Below, piece after piece: positions 1-15,320 of a stretch of 64,000 nucleotides of DNA; position 1 is the first letter of the stretch; each line of letters begins with the position of its first letter. This DNA comes from Octopus sinensis (lineage: Eukaryota): NCBI RefSeq assembly GCF_006345805.1, contig NC_043004.1, positions 28,024,001 to 28,088,000 on the forward strand. Direction: 5' to 3'. The notes below the pieces were generated by a model, which ran no database searches, had not been told where the DNA came from, and saw nothing but the letters and a program-made list of their open reading frames with translations. Both the position numbers and the translations under genes were made by a program.

Positions 1-134
1 GTGCATCGTATAAGAAATTACAGGGTAAATGTTTTTTAAATTTTCTCCTGTTTACGGAATTGATGTTATTTTGCGGTTAAGCTTTGGCTGTTATTTCTAG
101 TGGGTGAATGGCCTATTATGGCCGTTCCTTGATT

Positions 135-136
<2 letters not shown>

Positions 137-176
<40 letters not shown>

Positions 177-539
177 CGCAAACACAATAGCAAAAATACA
201 TATGCACTTATATATAAACATACCGTTTACGCATATGTACACCAGCTCAAACACGCGCAAGTAATTATATACGCAAAAGAAAATATAAACTAATTAAATA
301 CGGGAGCAGAAAAACAATAAATATAGAATGGAAAATACATAAATAGAAACGTTGTTCATTAGTTTTGTAAAGGTAGTAAATATTGTGAAATTAGTTTTTT
401 CACGACACACAATATTGAGTCAGATTGTTAAAACAGACATTTTTACAAATAAACTTTAATTTAATATGATTCGATTATTACTGACACACAACGACTTCAG
501 GACCAATACATATCGCGCTCCCGTGTATATATATATACA

Positions 540-577
<38 letters not shown>

Positions 578-584
578 TATATAT

Positions 585-616
<32 letters not shown>

Positions 617-745
617 TGTATGTATGTATGTATGTATGCATGTATGTATGTATGTATATATGTATATATATATACATATATATATATATATGTATTGTAT
701 ATATATATATATTTATATATATATATATTATATAATATATATACA
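137..745. repeat. (TA)n and (TATG)n microsatellite tracts
   Basis: Directly visible; source of the YI/MYVC ORFs. Confidence 0.9.
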
Positions 746-770
746 GCACACATATGCACTTGCCTACACA

Positions 771-870
771 NNNNNNNNNNNNNNNNNNNNNNNNNNNNNN
801 NNNNNNNNNNNNNNNNNNNNNNNNNNNNNNNNNNNNNNNNNNNNNNNNNNNNNNNNNNNNNNNNNNNNNN
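771..870. other. Assembly gap (100 N)
   Basis: Run of exactly 100 N, typical of a scaffolding placeholder. Confidence 0.99.
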
Positions 871-952
871 TGGGGTGTCAGATTATTCCGAACTAGCAAA
901 GTACCGTCAAGTTAAGTACCGCAACTTCAGCTGAATCTACTTGTCTAATACT

Positions 953-1001
<49 letters not shown>

Positions 1002-1259
1002 GACTTCCGACGGGATTCTGGCGTTTGCTAAATTTTCATGAGAACAGTCCTTTCTTAGTGGTAAGAGCATAGCGGATCTACTTCTAGCATAATGGATGTC
1101 CACGTAGTGGTCATCCCTCTTATATGTATGTAATATAATTTTTCTGAATCTTCAGATTTTAATATGCTAGACCACTGGTTTTAAATTGATATTAATCAAA
1201 ATAGTATTCAATTTTCACCCTTATCATTTTAATTATATATATATGTATGTATGTGTGTG

Positions 1260-1298
<39 letters not shown>

Positions 1299-1420
1299 TA
1301 TCATACATACACACACTCAGATATATATTCTATGCATATATATATATATATAAATGTGTGTGTGTGTGTGTGTATGTGTGTGTGTGTGTGCATGTGTGTG
1401 GATGTGCATGCGTGTTCATA

Positions 1421-1735
1421 GGCACGAAGGTGCTTGGCTTACTGGTTAAGATGTTGCATTCATGATCGCAAGACCGTGGTTTCGATTCCAAGATCGGCAG
1501 TGTGTTGCGTTGTATTCTTGAGCTAAATACTTCATTTCACGTTCATCCTGTCCACTCAGTTGTAAATCGGTGATCCCGTGACGGACTAGAGTTCCGTTCA
1601 GGTGTATAATTGTTCCCTTTCCGGTCACAAGGGGGCGGTAGGGAGGACTCATTCGAAACTACAGCAATGCGAGGAATCTCATTGCGACCAACAGTGCATA
1701 GCAACTTCCACTAGTCTGGTCGAGACAGTGACAAG

Positions 1736-1740
<5 letters not shown>
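1421..1740 (+). mobile_element. Degenerate tRNA-derived SINE with V/CORE-like body and a distinctive 3' tail
   Basis: A-box-like tggcttactgg, B-box-like ggtttcgattcc, body tgtattcttgagctaaatacttcatttcac. The tail 1650-1740 matches 38675-38765 and runs into (TA)n. Confidence 0.6.
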
Positions 1741-1778
<38 letters not shown>

Positions 1779-2126
1779 ATATATTAGTATATATATTCTT
1801 ACATACACAAACACATATATACGTGCTTATACATGCATGCACTCAGACATATGTGTATATGTAAATATATACATCTGTTGTGTGTGTGTGTGAGATATGC
1901 ATGTATTCATGAAGGTACACACATTCATTGATGTAAATACACACACATAACACTATGCCCGTGCACTTACGCATATATATTTTACTCATTGTCGTCGTTA
2001 TGTGAGACAGTAGATATTGATTGACTGTATAATTGAATAATATATACATACTATTGATTTTTACTAAACTAGACTTGCACCAATACTGTGTATTGCATTA
2101 CTTTCTATTTTTCAACGTCTCTCTTT

Positions 2127-2127
<1 letters not shown>

Positions 2128-2214
<87 letters not shown>

Positions 2215-2245
2215 ATGTCTGTCTGTCTATCAATCTATCTATTCC
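2128..2245. repeat. (TCTA)n microsatellite
   Basis: Directly visible. Confidence 0.95.
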
Positions 2246-2645
2246 ACTTTATAACACGCTAACCATGGAAAGTGACGATCACGCTTCGAATAAACCTGTG
2301 TGTGTCTGAGTATATGTACATATATACATACATACATATATATCCATGTCTATCACGAACTCAAATATTTTTCTCTTTGTATATGTATGTATGTATATAT
2401 GTATGTATGTATGTATGCATGCATGTATGTATATTTGGGCGTGCTTTTGTATTTGTGTGCGCGAACAATTGACTCTGCAAAAATATCATCATTAAAAAAA
2501 CATTTAATTCCACAAAATATAATTATATGTTTAGTCTGATGTGTTTTAGAAATGTTAGTAGTAGTAATAGTAGTTAGCATGTGATAAACGGTATTAGCAG
2601 TACAACCGATGTTAACTACTATATATATTATTCAGCAATACATAC

Positions 2646-2760
<115 letters not shown>

Positions 2761-2871
2761 TATATGTGTGTGTGTGTGTGTGCACGCGCGCGCGCGTGTG
2801 TGTGTGTGTGTACTCAGCAATGCTGTCATTGTATAATCTTCGTTTCAAATTTTTGTAGTAAGGGCAGCAAT

Positions 2872-2990
2872 CGATAAGGACCTCGAAAGGATGAAAGACA
2901 AAGTCGACGTCGACGGAATATGAATTTAGAACGTAAAGATGGACATCTGCCGCTAAGCATTTTGCCCGTCGTGCTAACGTTTCTGCCGCC
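2872..2990 (-). mobile_element. Meta-type tRNA-derived SINE, partial
   Basis: gacctcgaaaggatgaaagacaaagtcgac...gctaacgtttctgccgcc matches the copy at 14199-14428. Confidence 0.8.
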
Positions 2991-3493
2991 TTCTGTCATT
3001 AGCAGTACGTATTGTTGAGTCGTTTTACAGCAAAATATATATTGTATGTTATATTATTGATGGCCACCATCGCTACCGTCATCATCTTATCATGAGTATT
3101 TAGATAGGCAGTATTTATTTACGATCATTTACGCTCTGTGAATTCCTGTGAATGTCCATTTTGTCTTTCTCCCTTCTGGTGTCGATAAAACAATATACCA
3201 GGCTGCTATTGGAGTCCACACAATCGACTGGACCTTCATAATTTTTTTTTTAATTTGCTTCTTTGTTAGAAATCATAATAATTCTTGAATTAGCGCTCGT
3301 GAGAAACGGTTGAGTGTTGAACTCATCTGTCATGCGGCATTTTGTTATATTCTTTTAGGCACTATTTTCGAATACTACCGGATTGTCCTCTGCCAGTCAC
3401 CATTCCAGTACCTGTCATCTATTGCTGTCGAATATACCCTACCACACACGAAATTTGTGACTTTATGTAGCAGCAGCAGCAGCAGCCGTGTAA

Positions 3494-3553
<60 letters not shown>

Positions 3554-5680
3554 AAGAAGAGAAAGAAGAAGAAACCCTTCCTAGTGTAGAGACGGGCAAC
3601 AATAATAATGCTTGAGCAAGAGCGACAGACAGACAGAAATTGTAAATCTAAAATAACAGTAACATCATTAACTACGTTAGTAATTATAACAGTAGTGGCA
3701 ATAGCTACAGTTGCTCGGCCATTAGCAACAACAGTAAAAACAACGGCAACATTTGTGACAACACTAGCAACAAGCCTGTGGGGGATTCGCCATAGGATCG
3801 CAAACCTATAACAAATGTCTGTCAAATGACCGGAGAAATGTATACTGAAGATTTGAATTCGAGTTACAGTTTGTCTGGATATAAAAGTGAGAGGGGTTAT
3901 TGGAGGAATGTCTCTGCATATTGATCTGCGGCAGAGAGACTGAAATGAAGATTTACAACAACGGCATAGCAACAACATATGTAAAGGCAGCATTAACAAC
4001 GCAACAGCATTATCAACAACAGCCGCAACAAAAGCATCATCATCATCATCAACAACAACAACAACAGCAACAACAATAACAAGAGTGACACTATTAGCAA
4101 CGCATGCAGTCACATTATCAACATTAGCAACAGCTACAATAAAACCAACTTTATCAGTAACAGCAGCAACGGTAGGAACCACAACACCATCAGTGCCGTC
4201 CAAAAACTTGGACCTGGAGATCTCCATTTCCAGCGACTTCGAGGGCCACCTCCCAGTGGTGTCGGTCGTCAACGAAGAGCCCTTGACTACAAGAAGACGA
4301 CCAAAGTTTTTTTTCCCAGGGTCTGGGATCTCCCGCCCCTAAGCCCTAGACCATCACCTAATCACCCTTACCCGTCTTGTTGCTTAACAACAACAACAAC
4401 AACAACAACACCAGCAGCGGCAGCTATGATTGTAAAAGCGGCGGTAGGCATTAACTGCTAAACCAGTAAAAACAAAGACTATAAAAGCATTAGCAAGAAC
4501 ACCCGCCGCAACAGAATCAACACAACAACAAAAAAGAACAAGGGCAACACCAGGAGTGAATGCAACATTAGTAACAATAGCAACAATACCAATAGCAATA
4601 ACTATAGCAAGAACAGCAGCACTAGCAAGGAGTAGCTGCAACAGCAGCTATAACAATAGATGCAACGTCAGCTGCAGACCAATAGCAACAGTATCAACAG
4701 CAGCAATGACATTAGCTGTATTACCAGCTGCAACCACAATAACGTTAGCAACAGCAATGCGACTAGCAACAACAGCAACATGAAAGACAGTAGCACTATC
4801 AATAGCAATGTTGATAAGAACAGCAGCTGCAATATTAGGAGCTGTACAAAAACAACAATTATAAGCAGGACATGATTTGCAACAAGAGCAGCACCTGCAA
4901 TGCTAGCACCAAAAAGAAAAACTGAACCAGCAAGAACACCTGCAGAAACAACGACAACATTATAGTTAGCAACAACTGCAGTAACAACAATATCAACAAT
5001 AATATTGGCACCAGCTAATACAAGAAGAAAAATATGGAGTAATGGTTCCATGAATTTCTAGAAATAGCAACCGAATTCTTTCAAATCATATCCAACAGTA
5101 TAAAATTACATGGGCACACTGGGCAATGTGATTCTAGAAATAGATAAAAGACTGGATGGTTATGGCTGGAATACTATATTGAACGTAGGTATATTTGATC
5201 AAAGGCGAGCGACCTAGGGTTAAACAGTAATGGCAAGAAATATCTTCAGCGGCAGACAACAACAACAACAACAGCAACTACTACAATATTAACAACACCA
5301 GCACCAGAAACATCAGCAATATTAGCAACATTATTAGCAAGAAGGAACAAAAGCAATATCAACCACCACCACCACCACCACAACAACAACAACAACAAGC
5401 ATTGTGCTGCTGAAATTGGTGGTGGTGGTGGTGGTGGTGCTGAGGGTGTTGGTGCTGTGTGAATTCCATATGTTGAGTTGTGTTGGCTGCTACAGGTAAT
5501 GCTACTTCTATCCAGACGGTTACCATAGTAGCTATTGGCACTGACGTTGCAGCTGCAACTATCTTTCGCTGCCTTCCACTACTACTAATACTGCTGTTGC
5601 TACTACTGGTGTTTATGTTGTTGCTATCGGTTGAAACTGTACGTTCTGCTATTACCGTCGCAACACTGCTTCCTCTATGA
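3494..5680. repeat. Cryptically simple triplet region ((AGT)n, (AAC)n, (GCA)n, (ACC)n mosaics) with non-repetitive islands
   Basis: Strong 3-nt periodicity (aca/gca/ata/gta) gives T/A-, N/S-, Q- or V-rich ORFs in several frames; the + frame has stops and frame changes. Confidence 0.75.
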
Positions 5681-5883
5681 ATGTTCTTGTTCTATTTTAA
5701 GCTTTCCCCCAAAATGGTTATCGTATTTGGAATAGAATATGTGTACACACATATTGATACACGTAGTTGCACACAGCTACACATAGAAACCTTTGCACGT
5801 AGATATGTACACACACTTATATGCAAGCATTATCTAGGCCATACGCACACAGATAAACTAAGTAAGCTCCACACCACACAATT

Positions 5884-7075
<1,192 letters not shown>

Positions 7076-8129
7076 CACAGGATACATATGCGTATATACT
7101 GGCATGACTGTAACTGTGTTCTACAGGTAACCTTAAGCTTTCGAGAGTGTCTCCGTAAAATTAAATATTTTACTGAATTATATATCTTTCAGAACCAATT
7201 TACGATTACTGATTGTATCTTTGGCAGCGTGGAATAATCTACAAGTATTTCGAAAGCATGTATTTCAATCTCAACCACTGACAAGGGAGTTGTTGTGATA
7301 CTGTTGCATTTTATGAACAATCATTTTTCGTACCTCAACTCGTACTCCAGCGAAAGTCCCAGTAGTGACCCCTAAAGATGTTTTAGATCAATTAATATGT
7401 TACCACGTCAGCTTTATTCGTCATAACTTTGTTTAGACTTTCTTCGCTGAGATCGTGATATGCTATTTTGCAACCTCTATGTTGTAACCTCTAATTTCAC
7501 CATTCAAAATGCAGACCGAACCTACTCCTTCCCTGGTGTTCCTACATCATAATATAGACCTACCGAAAGCAAACTAGGATAGATTTATTCACGGTCTATC
7601 ATTTGTCGCTCTGTTTTTCCTACCCACCATCATCAAACTATCTTGGCAGATATTTTAAGATACAGTTATTAACATATGTTCAAACATCATCACATCAAAC
7701 TTTTTGAATAAAAATAGATGCAGGCTCACAGGAAAACAAAGCTCTGTCAGCTGAAATAATGCAGTAGCGATAACTCGGCCTCCCAGATCATAGAAATATC
7801 ACCGGAATAAAAAAAGGAAATGTGTCATGTCCGGAACATCATTAAGGCCATCATTATTAAGTTTTGCCGAGGAAGACTGAAGTATTGACAAATTAATTAA
7901 GATTCTAAGTGTTCAGTTTTATTATAAAAGAGATGGTCACTTCTTGATCTACCGGTCCACAGACTAATCAAAACAGCATTCTCCGCACCGATACTATAGA
8001 AATGACGGACAGTCTACAAAGCTGCTTCGTTTCCAGTGATCCTGATGTGTTTGACTTTGGCCGTATCAATGACGTTAAATCCTCAAAATATCCTCCCTAA
8101 CGTTATCTTTAGCTTCCCCGATATCACAG

Positions 8130-8560
8130 CACAACTCAGCAATAGGCCTCGATAGATACTTTGCTAGTGTCTTGAAGTAAAATCGACATCAATTGCATCT
8201 CATCTCGTTAATTTGGGATACATGCTCTTTAACTGAACATTTTTGAATATTTTCTAGCACAGTTCGTCATTCCATATTTGCACAAAAACCCCCAACACAA
8301 TTGCAGTTAACTATTAACTAATATTACATAACATTGATATAAATGTATTGAGATTGAGAGTAAATGATTTCCTGGAGAGCAACAATCTTCTAGATTACGT
8401 TCAGCGTGGCATGATCTGCTTCATTTAGCTGCTATACATGACATTACTAATAATTTGAATGTCTTGAGGGAGGAGTCAGAGCAGAAGTCATGTATCTTGT
8501 CTCAACCACAGAAGAATGGACCGTAGCATGATTTTTTGTGAAAAGTCGTAGAAAACTACT
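8130..8560 (+). pseudogene. Highly decayed CR1/L2/Jockey-type LINE reverse transcriptase fragment
   Basis: Manual translation gives IGLDRYFASVLK (cf. KAPGPDGI..VLK) near 8142 and NDFLESNNLLDYVQRG (cf. NFLESNNLL..QYGF) at 8363; many stops and shifts. Confidence 0.5.
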
Positions 8561-8617
8561 GCAGTGGACAAAATGTTTATTACTGCGTACGTGCGTGTGC
8601 GGGCACACACACACACA

Positions 8618-8655
<38 letters not shown>

Positions 8656-9179
8656 TGCTCGTGTATTAAAACTACATATGTATTAAAACTGTTGAAATAG
8701 TAGATTCATACTTCTAAAGTCCCTTTCATCCATGGCAAATACTTGAAACTGAAAGCTTAGATAAATTATGGAGCAATTTTAATAGATATTCATGAATATA
8801 GATTGAGTTGTCCCCAAATGTATTGGAATATGTAAACGTACACAGATGCGTTGTGTTAAGCGCCAGAATCTACCTCAAGTCTGAACCGTTGGTGACCTTC
8901 TAGAAAATTCAAATGTAAGTGATAGTGAAGTTTCGTTTATCTATCCACGCCAATCCTCTCAAACAGGCAGTGCAACATGCTACATGCACTTGGTCACAGA
9001 TGTGCTGTCTCTTCTCTCTGCACATGTGTCTCTTACATGCATTAACATGTAGAAATGGAAGTTAAACATCAATTTATTGATCTCATCAGTCCCCGGGGTT
9101 TCACAAAGGTCAGAGATATTGTCCAACCTTTCCCGATTATATAATAAATATACAAAGAAATAAATGCATAAATAACTGA

Positions 9180-9430
9180 ATAGATAAAGAAGACGAATAA
9201 ATAGATGGATAAATAGATGGATAGACAGATAGATAGACAAACACATAGACAGAGAAATAGACACAGATAGATAGATAATTAGAAAAACTGATCGATAATT
9301 AGATGAATATAGAGAATTGCATAGGTAGATATATAAATAATTGAATAGCGAAGTAGATAGGGATCTAGACTGATAAATATTTAGACAGCCATGAGATAGA
9401 TGGATAGACAGACAAACAGATAGATAGATG

Positions 9431-9464
<34 letters not shown>

Positions 9465-9471
9465 CAGACAA

Positions 9472-9548
<77 letters not shown>

Positions 9549-9905
9549 GTGATAGATAGATGAATGGATAGAGAGATGGGTGGATAGATAAAAAGTTAGA
9601 TGAATATACAGATTAGTCGATAGATAAGTAGTTAAATAAATAAACAAATAAATAAGCGTGAGAAAGACACGTAAATAAATATATTGATAGGTAGAGAGAC
9701 AGGTAGATAAATAGACTGACGGATAAACGGTTTGATAGACAGAGAGATTTGAGAGAAAAATAGATGAGTAAAGTGAGATATGCATTGGTAAATAGATAAA
9801 TGAACTGATAGGTTGATAAAAAGATAGGAAGAAAAATAGATGGATTGCTAATAAGACAGACGGATAGCTTGATAGTAAGATAACCAGACTGATAGATCGA
9901 TTGGT
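9180..9905. repeat. Degenerate (GATA)n array with a pure core near 9420-9560
   Basis: Directly visible; source of the IYLS ORFs. Confidence 0.9.
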
Positions 9906-10394
9906 GGAGACAGATGCATATGTATATTCACAGTAAATATTTATATACATGTGGGTTCATGGAAAATATATGCATATCATTATGCAACAAGACGTTTTAT
10001 GCATATATTGTGACGAGCCAAAATATCTCATTTTACGTCATGTGAAGTTATGTTGTTGACAATATTTGAACGCTTACGTTACTGATACCTATTTTACTGT
10101 TTAGGCAAATACTAAAGACAATCAACAATGAAACTATAGAAATAACACCCAAATCTTCCTCATATCACACTTTACCGTCTTAAAACCTATGTAGCCTTAG
10201 TTATAAGGATGCAATGCCAGTTATATTAACCTGGAAGGAACTGGAATACCTCCACCCGATCAGGATTGACGTGGGCTAATCAAACCACCACCACCACCAC
10301 CACCAAAACCACCACCACCATCACCATAACAATAACAACAACAACAACTGGTCACTGTTTTTGTTATTACATTTTATGCACCTTACAATATCAA

Positions 10395-10525
10395 AATATT
10401 CTTTTCTACTATAAGTACAAGACCTGAAATGTTTTTGGGGAAGGGACCAGCATATTACATCAACCCCAGTGCACAACTGGTACTTATTTCATCGAATCTG
10501 AAAGGATGAAAGGTGGAATACAACA
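10395..10525 (-). mobile_element. Meta-type SINE, 3' part
   Basis: accccagtgcacaactggtacttatttcatcgaatctgaaaggatgaaagg. Confidence 0.7.
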
Positions 10526-11995
10526 TCGAAATACTGGCTACTTTTGTTGCTCCTAACTCCTCAGATGTAAGTTCGAAACATTATAAGCCAAGGTGACGTG
10601 ACTCTCTACATCAGGACGAAACATTCTGGAGGTAACACTAAACTACCGTTAAGCTGAAATAACATACAACTAAATGTCACATTAAACTAAAGATTCTATT
10701 TAACCAAGAGTACCAATTAATCACGTGCCTTATAAGGGTTTCTAGAATATTTATATGTAGAAAATCTTTGACTCACATAGAGAAGAGCTTAACAATTTTC
10801 AGCATCCATCCTGTATCGAAATAGATAAGCTAAAATGAATTATGCAGATATGATTACATAACCAGAAATGTATGACAATTTCTAGATGTCACACAATTTG
10901 ACAGGGTACACAAACCATGTCTTAATTTCTTTGAAGCTTACGTTAGTATATATATATGCTAAATACGGTCTACCCTGCCTTCAAAAACTACCACACATGC
11001 ACACCGTACATGGATGGTTGGATAGAGAGATGGGTGGACAGATAAAAAGTCAGATGGATATGAATTACAGAAATATATATCTATGAAATAAAGAAATATA
11101 ATTCATACCTCACACCTTTTACACTCACCACTTCTCTGAAATGAAACAGAAAGTATAAAAGAAAGGAAGAGAGAGAGAGGAAGAAAGAGAGAAAGAAAGA
11201 GAGAGAAAGAGAGAGATAGAATTGTATTCTGGTAGATGTTAGTACCATCAGGTCTCACAATATTTTTCTCAATATCAGGTGCCGTCATCGCATGTCAGCT
11301 GGTCTTTGTATTCAAAATCGAAGCTTCTATATTAAGCATAGGCAACCTTTTTAGAGAAGCAGGCTGCATGAGAGAAAGTTAATCATCGTGTGTGCCGCAT
11401 TACTAAAAATATCCACGGTAACTTTAGGTAGAATGCCCTTCAGAAAGTTCTGCGGGCGTAATTTGTCCATTACGGTTCTAGATGGTAAACCGGGATCATG
11501 GAAATAACGGTCTAATCTCCCTCATTTCTCACAGTCTTTAATAAAAGATGTATCAAACAATGCGGTATTTGATATAGAAGCAGAGGGGATGATTAGGACA
11601 GATATGAGATTAAAAAACTAAGCTTACTTTGATCCTACAAGGGGAGATCTTTACTCAGTGGTTCGACCTGTTAGAAATGGTTGCGAAATGTTCCCCTGAG
11701 CATCCCATTCTGTCTTTTTAAAAAAGATACATAGGACAATGTATTATCTTGCTTTTATATTTGGGTCTTTTGTAACTTCATATTATGAAATGAATGAAGG
11801 GAAAATATGCAGTAGAGTTGTTTTGTGTATTTTATGTAAACATTAGTGCAAGCTGAAGGTGTAGAAAGAGCAGATAAATTAAGGGGAATAAGGGAAATAG
11901 GGTGAAAAGCAAAGAGAGATAGATATATAAATAAATAGCTAGATAGATAGATAGATAGATAGAGAGGATGATATATATATATATATGTATAAAAT

Positions 11996-12141
11996 AGGCG
12001 CATGAGTGACTGTGTGGTAAGAAGCTTGCTTTCCAACCATGCTTCCGGGTTCATCCCCACTGCATGGCACCTTGAGCAAGTGTCTTCTACTATAGCCTCG
12101 GGCCGACCAAAGCCTTGTGAGTGGATTTGGTAGGCGGAAGC
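11996..12141 (+). mobile_element. CORE-type octopus SINE, 5' half
   Basis: tRNA-like head gtgactgtgtggtaag...gggttcatccc and CORE-like ggcaccttgagcaagtgtcttctactatagcctcggg; close to the copy at 62088. Confidence 0.9.
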
Positions 12142-12263
<122 letters not shown>

Positions 12264-12823
12264 TGATTGATACATATATATAGGGAGTGAGAGTGAGAAA
12301 GAGAGAGAGAGAGAGCGAGGTTTAGCCTGAATAATTGGATTAATTGTTGCTAAAAGAAGAAAAAATGTGGATGTGCAATGTGAAATGTTGCAGCGTATGG
12401 TTTATAACATGAAGAACCGAGCCTCCTATACTGATATGTTATTGACTCGGAAGGGATGACACGCATGGAGAGAAGACCCCAAAGGATTTAAACATAGAAT
12501 AAAGAGAGAAACCCTTAAATATGGTAATGAATGAAGGCATGTTGTTCTTCTCTTTCTCTTTCTCTTTCACAAAGTTTACGTTGAAATAATCATTGATTTC
12601 ATAATAAAAAAAAAAAAACTCTACCTGTGACAAGAAACAGAGAAAGGAAAAGAGATATTGAAGAAGAAAGAAATATTTCAGTCTCGGACAAAGGAGAAAT
12701 AACTAATGAGTTAAAATAAAGGCCAAACAATGAGGAAATAGCAAAACAACAACAAAACAACAGCATAAAAACCCCAGCAAAAATAGGCTTGGAATTATCA
12801 ATGTGTGACATGAATAACTTATA

Positions 12824-14115
12824 CGAGGGGCGTTCAATAAGTAATGCCCCTGACCCACTTCCCATAGCAGCAGAGCAACGAAACTTGAAACAGTCATTGT
12901 CTTTTTCTACATAGGAACCACCCAGAGTTACGCATTTCTCCCATCGTTTGATGCAGCTCTGAAGACCGTTTTTGTAGAAGACCCCAGCTTGGTCCTCCAA
13001 CCACGACGTGACTTCAGAAATCAAGGCTGCATCATATGGGAAACGCTTTCCTTTCAAAAACAACTTCATGGCTGGGAAGAGGTGAAAATCAGAGGGTGCA
13101 AGGTTAGGAGAGTAGGGGGATGGGGGATGAGTTCATAGCCGCACGCCTGTCCTTCTGATCTGGCGACACGCGAGTTGTGGATCGGAGCGTTGTCCTGCAG
13201 GAGGAGGATGCCTTTGCTGATCTCGCCCCGCCTCTTGATTTTGTTAGCTTCTCTTAATTTCCTCAAAAGTGAAGCATAATAGACTCCTGTAATTGTGGCA
13301 CCCTTTGCCAGGAAATCTGTCTTCACTACTCCGTCCTGGTCCCAGAAGACTGTAAGCATGACCTTGCCAGCGGAGGGCTGCACCCTTGCCTTCTTTGGAG
13401 GAGGTGAGTCACGGTGCTTCCACTGCATTGACTGGGCTTTGGTCTCTGGATCATAGTGATGGAGCCAGGTTTTATCCTATGCAATCAGTCTTTTGAAAAA
13501 TTTTGACTCATCTTCTTGGCACATCTCCAAATTCATCCTCGAGCAATCGACGCGTTCTTGCTTCTGGAAAGGTGTGAGCAACCTGGGAATCCATCTGGCA
13601 GACACCTTTTGCATATGCAAATGGTCATGAATGATAGTTTCCACAGACCCGGTACTAATCTTGACCTCATGGGCTATTTGGCGAATAGTTATGCGTCGAT
13701 CTTCCAAAATGGCAGCCTCAACTTGACAGACAGATGCCTCATCAATGGCAGAAGGGGGCAACCAGATCTGGGAGCTGTTTCCACAGAGTTCCGACCATGT
13801 TTGAATTCACGATGCCAGCGTTTTACAAGGTCATATGATGGGGCATCATCACCATAAGTTACTTTCATTTCATCAAAAGTCTCCCATGGTGTGGGTCCTT
13901 TCAAATACAAAAACCGGATCACTTGCTCGACACTCAACATGCTCCATTTCACACTTGCCTCAGTTCAAACAACTGTAAAATAGGAAACCACAATTAGTTC
14001 AGAGCTGTAATTTGCCACTTAATCTATAGAGATGTAAATAATTGCACATGCAAAATTTCAGCTAGATCAAACAAATGTAAGTGGGTCAGGGGCATTACTT
14101 ATTGAACGCCCCTCG
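12824..14115 (-). mobile_element. Full-length mariner (DD34D), irritans-like, 1292 bp, defective transposase
   Basis: Perfect 37-bp TIRs (cgaggggcgttcaataagtaatgcccctgacccactt at 12824-12860 and its reverse complement at 14079-14115), flanked by TA at 12822-23 and 14116-17. Transposase motifs WIPRLL, QDNA and YSPNLAPSD. Confidence 0.96.
12899..13947 (-). pseudogene. Mariner transposase pseudogene
   Basis: Joins ORFs 13689-13952, 13477-13761, 13066-13428 and 12599-13069. At least three frameshifts, one stop just before the first catalytic D and a lost native stop after YVEKD; 34 residues between the 2nd and 3rd D. Confidence 0.93.
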
Positions 14116-14198
14116 TAAACGGAAAAGAATACTTTAAATTTTAAATCCAAGAACATAATAATAAATTAAAATTTGAGTTAAAATTTAGAAAATTATAT

Positions 14199-14428
14199 AT
14201 TTCTTTACTGCCCACAAGGGGCTAAACATAAAGGGCACAAACAAAGACAGACAAACAGATTAAGTCAATTACATCGACCCCAGTGCGAAACTGGTACTTA
14301 ATTTATCGACCCCGAAAGGATGAAAGGCAAAGTCGACCTCGGCGGAATTTGAACTCAGAACGTAACGACAGACGAAATACAGTTAAGCATTTCGCCCGGC
14401 GCGCTAACGTGTCTGCCAGCTCGCCGCC
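14199..14428 (-). mobile_element. Meta-type tRNA-derived SINE, full length
   Basis: Reverse complement reads ggcggcgagctggcagacacgttagc...gagttcaaattccgcc...gcctttcatcctttcggggtcgataaattaagtaccag, with tail ending cttgtgggcagtaaagaaa. Confidence 0.92.
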
Positions 14429-14785
14429 TTAATTGGAACAATTATAACTTCAGCCAAATGTAGCTGAAAATATGAATAATAAAAAGAGCTATATAACAGA
14501 CTAAAGAATTATTAACACGTGATCTTTTAAAAATTCTAATAATTTAATGTTTTTCTTTTTGTTTGCAATGATGAATTATATCATTAGCTCAAGCGCAGAA
14601 ATCTGACGAGTGATCCTGCTGACTATATCATCGCTATTCATGCCTGTTACATATTTTATTGTCCCCCAAAAGACTTAAAAATCAAAATTGACTTTGGCGT
14701 GATTTGAAATCAAAATGCAGTTACGTAGCTAATATTTCATGACATCTTGTCCTCCACTTGACTGTTTTGCTAATCATTGTCTCTT

Positions 14786-15230
14786 TCATCATCATCATCA
14801 TCATCAAAATCATTGTTGTCGTCGTCGTCGTCGTCATCATCATCATCATCATCAACATCATCATCATCATTATCATCATCATCATCCTCATCATCGTCAT
14901 CGTCATCATCGTCATCATCGTCGTCATCTTCGTCATCGTTATCATCATCATCATCATCATCATCCTCATCGTCGTCATCGCCATCATCGTCGTCATCGTC
15001 GTCATCATCATTATCATCATCATCATCATTATCATCATCATCATCATCCTCATCATCGTCATCGTCATCATCGTCGTCATCGTCGTCATCGTCATCATCA
15101 TCATCATCCTCATCGTTGTCGTCGTCGTCATCGTCATCATCGTCGTCATCGTCGTCATCGTCATCATCATCGTCATCATCATCATCGTCATCATCATCAT
15201 CGTCATCATCATCATCGTCATCATCATCAT
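14786..15230. repeat. Long (CAT/CGT)n triplet array
   Basis: About 445 bp of CAT interspersed with CGT; produces the poly-D, poly-S, poly-M and H/R ORFs. Confidence 0.95.
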
Positions 15231-15272
15231 TTGCTGGTGTTGACTCCTTCAGGCTTTTAAACTTAAATAGAT

Positions 15273-15320
<48 letters not shown>

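Noticed and set aside
3463-4272. 269-aa minus-strand ORF
   Set aside because: Antisense reading of RYA triplets rarely meets a stop; no recognisable domain.
7440-7660. CR1/L2 3' end (LFFLPTIIKLSW)
   Set aside because: Similarity to SFFP.TI.LWN is too weak, and it lies upstream of the RT fragment.
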